DNA of 32,000 nt from Candidatus Nitrosopelagicus sp. (lineage in GTDB: Archaea > Thermoproteota > Nitrososphaeria > Nitrososphaerales > Nitrosopumilaceae), in the NCBI GenBank assembly GCA_028345195.1, contig JAOMCX010000001.1, forward strand, positions 73,411 to 105,410. The letters run 5' to 3'. Below, in pieces: positions 31,258 to 32,000 of this stretch (its first letter is position 1; every line of letters starts with the position of its first letter). The notes beneath the pieces were generated by a model that saw only the letters and a program-made list of their open reading frames with translations, made no database searches and was not told where the DNA came from. A program made the position numbers and the translations under genes.

Positions 31258-32000
31258 TTATTTTAACAAGTGCTCAACTTCAATTCCAAAATATTCCTTA
31301 AGAATTGCAATGTATGATTTGATTGAAACTGGTATTTCTTCTCCACAGGCAACTCCAAGATTCTTTGCATTTATCCAAATTGTCAATGCTTGAATTATAA
31401 CAAGAAATCTATCATTTTCTGGATTATCTCGACCTATTGATTTTGTGTATCGCTCTGCATATTCCCATGCAGTTACAAATCCAATACACTCTGTATCAAA
31501 TACTGCCATCAATTGTTTTTTCAAATCATCTGTTTCATCAAATGGAGTTTCATTCATGATGTATGGAAAATCAACTTTTTGTGGTAAACATCCTGGTAAT
31601 GGAGCCCAAATTGTAATTATTCTAACATTACTTTTTAATTTTTTAAATTTCTCAATTAAATCTTCTAAAATTTCTGCATCCATAAACCAACATAAAATTA
31701 CATCTGCATCATTAAACTCTGCTTTACGTACATCTTGTTCAATCACTTTGATATTGGAAATATTTTTTTTATCAATCATTTTCTTTGCGGCAGTGATCAT
31801 TTTCTCTGAATTATCTATTCCAATAGCATTTTTTACATCAAATTCTTGTCTTGCAATTGCAAGACTTGTTCCATCCCCACATCCTAGGTGATAGAATGTA
31901 TCATTTTTTTCTAAATTTGTAAATCTAAAAATTTCTCTTATTGTATCTGGAGGAATTTGAATTTCTTCACCTGATATGATCGATTTTGGTAGTGTGGACA
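31258..32000 (-). CDS. Class I SAM-dependent methyltransferase with a C-terminal extra domain (5' end beyond the window)
   Basis: The track starts this ORF at an internal Met (31800). Hand translation upstream stays open to nt 32000. It gives ...EIFRFTNLEKNDTFYHLGCGDGTSLAIARQEF..., where motif I is LGCGDG. Confidence 0.7.
   Translation of the reverse strand, partial: STLPKSIISGEEIQIPPDTIREIFRFTNLEKNDTFYHLGCGDGTSLAIARQEFDVKNAIGIDNSEKMITAAKKMIDKKNISNIKVIEQDVRKAEFNDADVILCWFMDAEILEDLIEKFKKLKSNVRIITIWAPLPGCLPQKVDFPYIMNETPFDETDDLKKQLMAVFDTECIGFVTAWEYAERYTKSIGRDNPENDRFLVIIQALTIWINAKNLGVACGEEIPVSIKSYIAILKEYFGIEVEHLLK

Noticed and set aside
1-32000. CRISPR arrays, rRNA genes, inteins or introns
   Set aside because: I saw no regularly spaced direct repeats. 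CoxA and the other large proteins have normal lengths with contiguous motifs. All four tRNAs fold without introns.

Overview
AT-rich archaeal chromosome segment, most consistent with a marine ammonia-oxidising thaumarchaeon (Nitrosopumilus-like). The support is indirect: TATA-box promoters with mostly leaderless genes, F420 enzymes, Taw1 and Bud32, and a haem-copper oxidase operon that uses blue-copper proteins rather than cytochrome c. I call 40 protein-coding genes (two truncated by the window edges), four intron-less tRNAs (Arg-TCG, Lys-CTT, Val-TAC, His-GTG) and one orphan GC-rich unit. I found no CRISPR array, rRNA, transposase or integrase.

Layout:
- 1-11301: a visibly AT-richer cell-surface glycan island. 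It holds a formyltransferase, a split transketolase, a GT2, a flippase-like protein, a GT-C transferase and a 709-aa B12-type radical SAM enzyme. It continues with a KdsC-type phosphatase, a SAF-less NeuB-type synthase, GmhA and PGI/PMI.
- 11395-16667: housekeeping genes, plus an unusual DUF59-PqqD fusion and an F420 redox pair.
- 16727-20908: the terminal oxidase cluster. It has an apparently split subunit II, subunit I, a tandem-cupredoxin protein, a compact 4-TM haem A synthase and a secreted protein whose mature end is predicted to begin with His.
- 21002-32000: mixed genes. Notable items are an SRPBCC-RHH fusion and a Cys-rich mini-ORF in frame with a TTG-started methyltransferase. There is also a CX4CX2C radical SAM enzyme, a Bud32/ITPase/Taw1 neighbourhood and a CorA-like protein with GIPN in place of GMN.

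Best candidates for something new:
- the phospho-ulosonic-acid module inside the glycan island (8325-11301);
- the large B12-type radical SAM enzyme in the same island (6195-8324);
- the DUF59-PqqD fusion (12451-13107);
- the orphan GC-rich unit at about 23499-23605, which is either a structured RNA or a 30-aa aromatic-rich peptide gene.

All functional calls rest on motif recognition by eye. No database search was possible.
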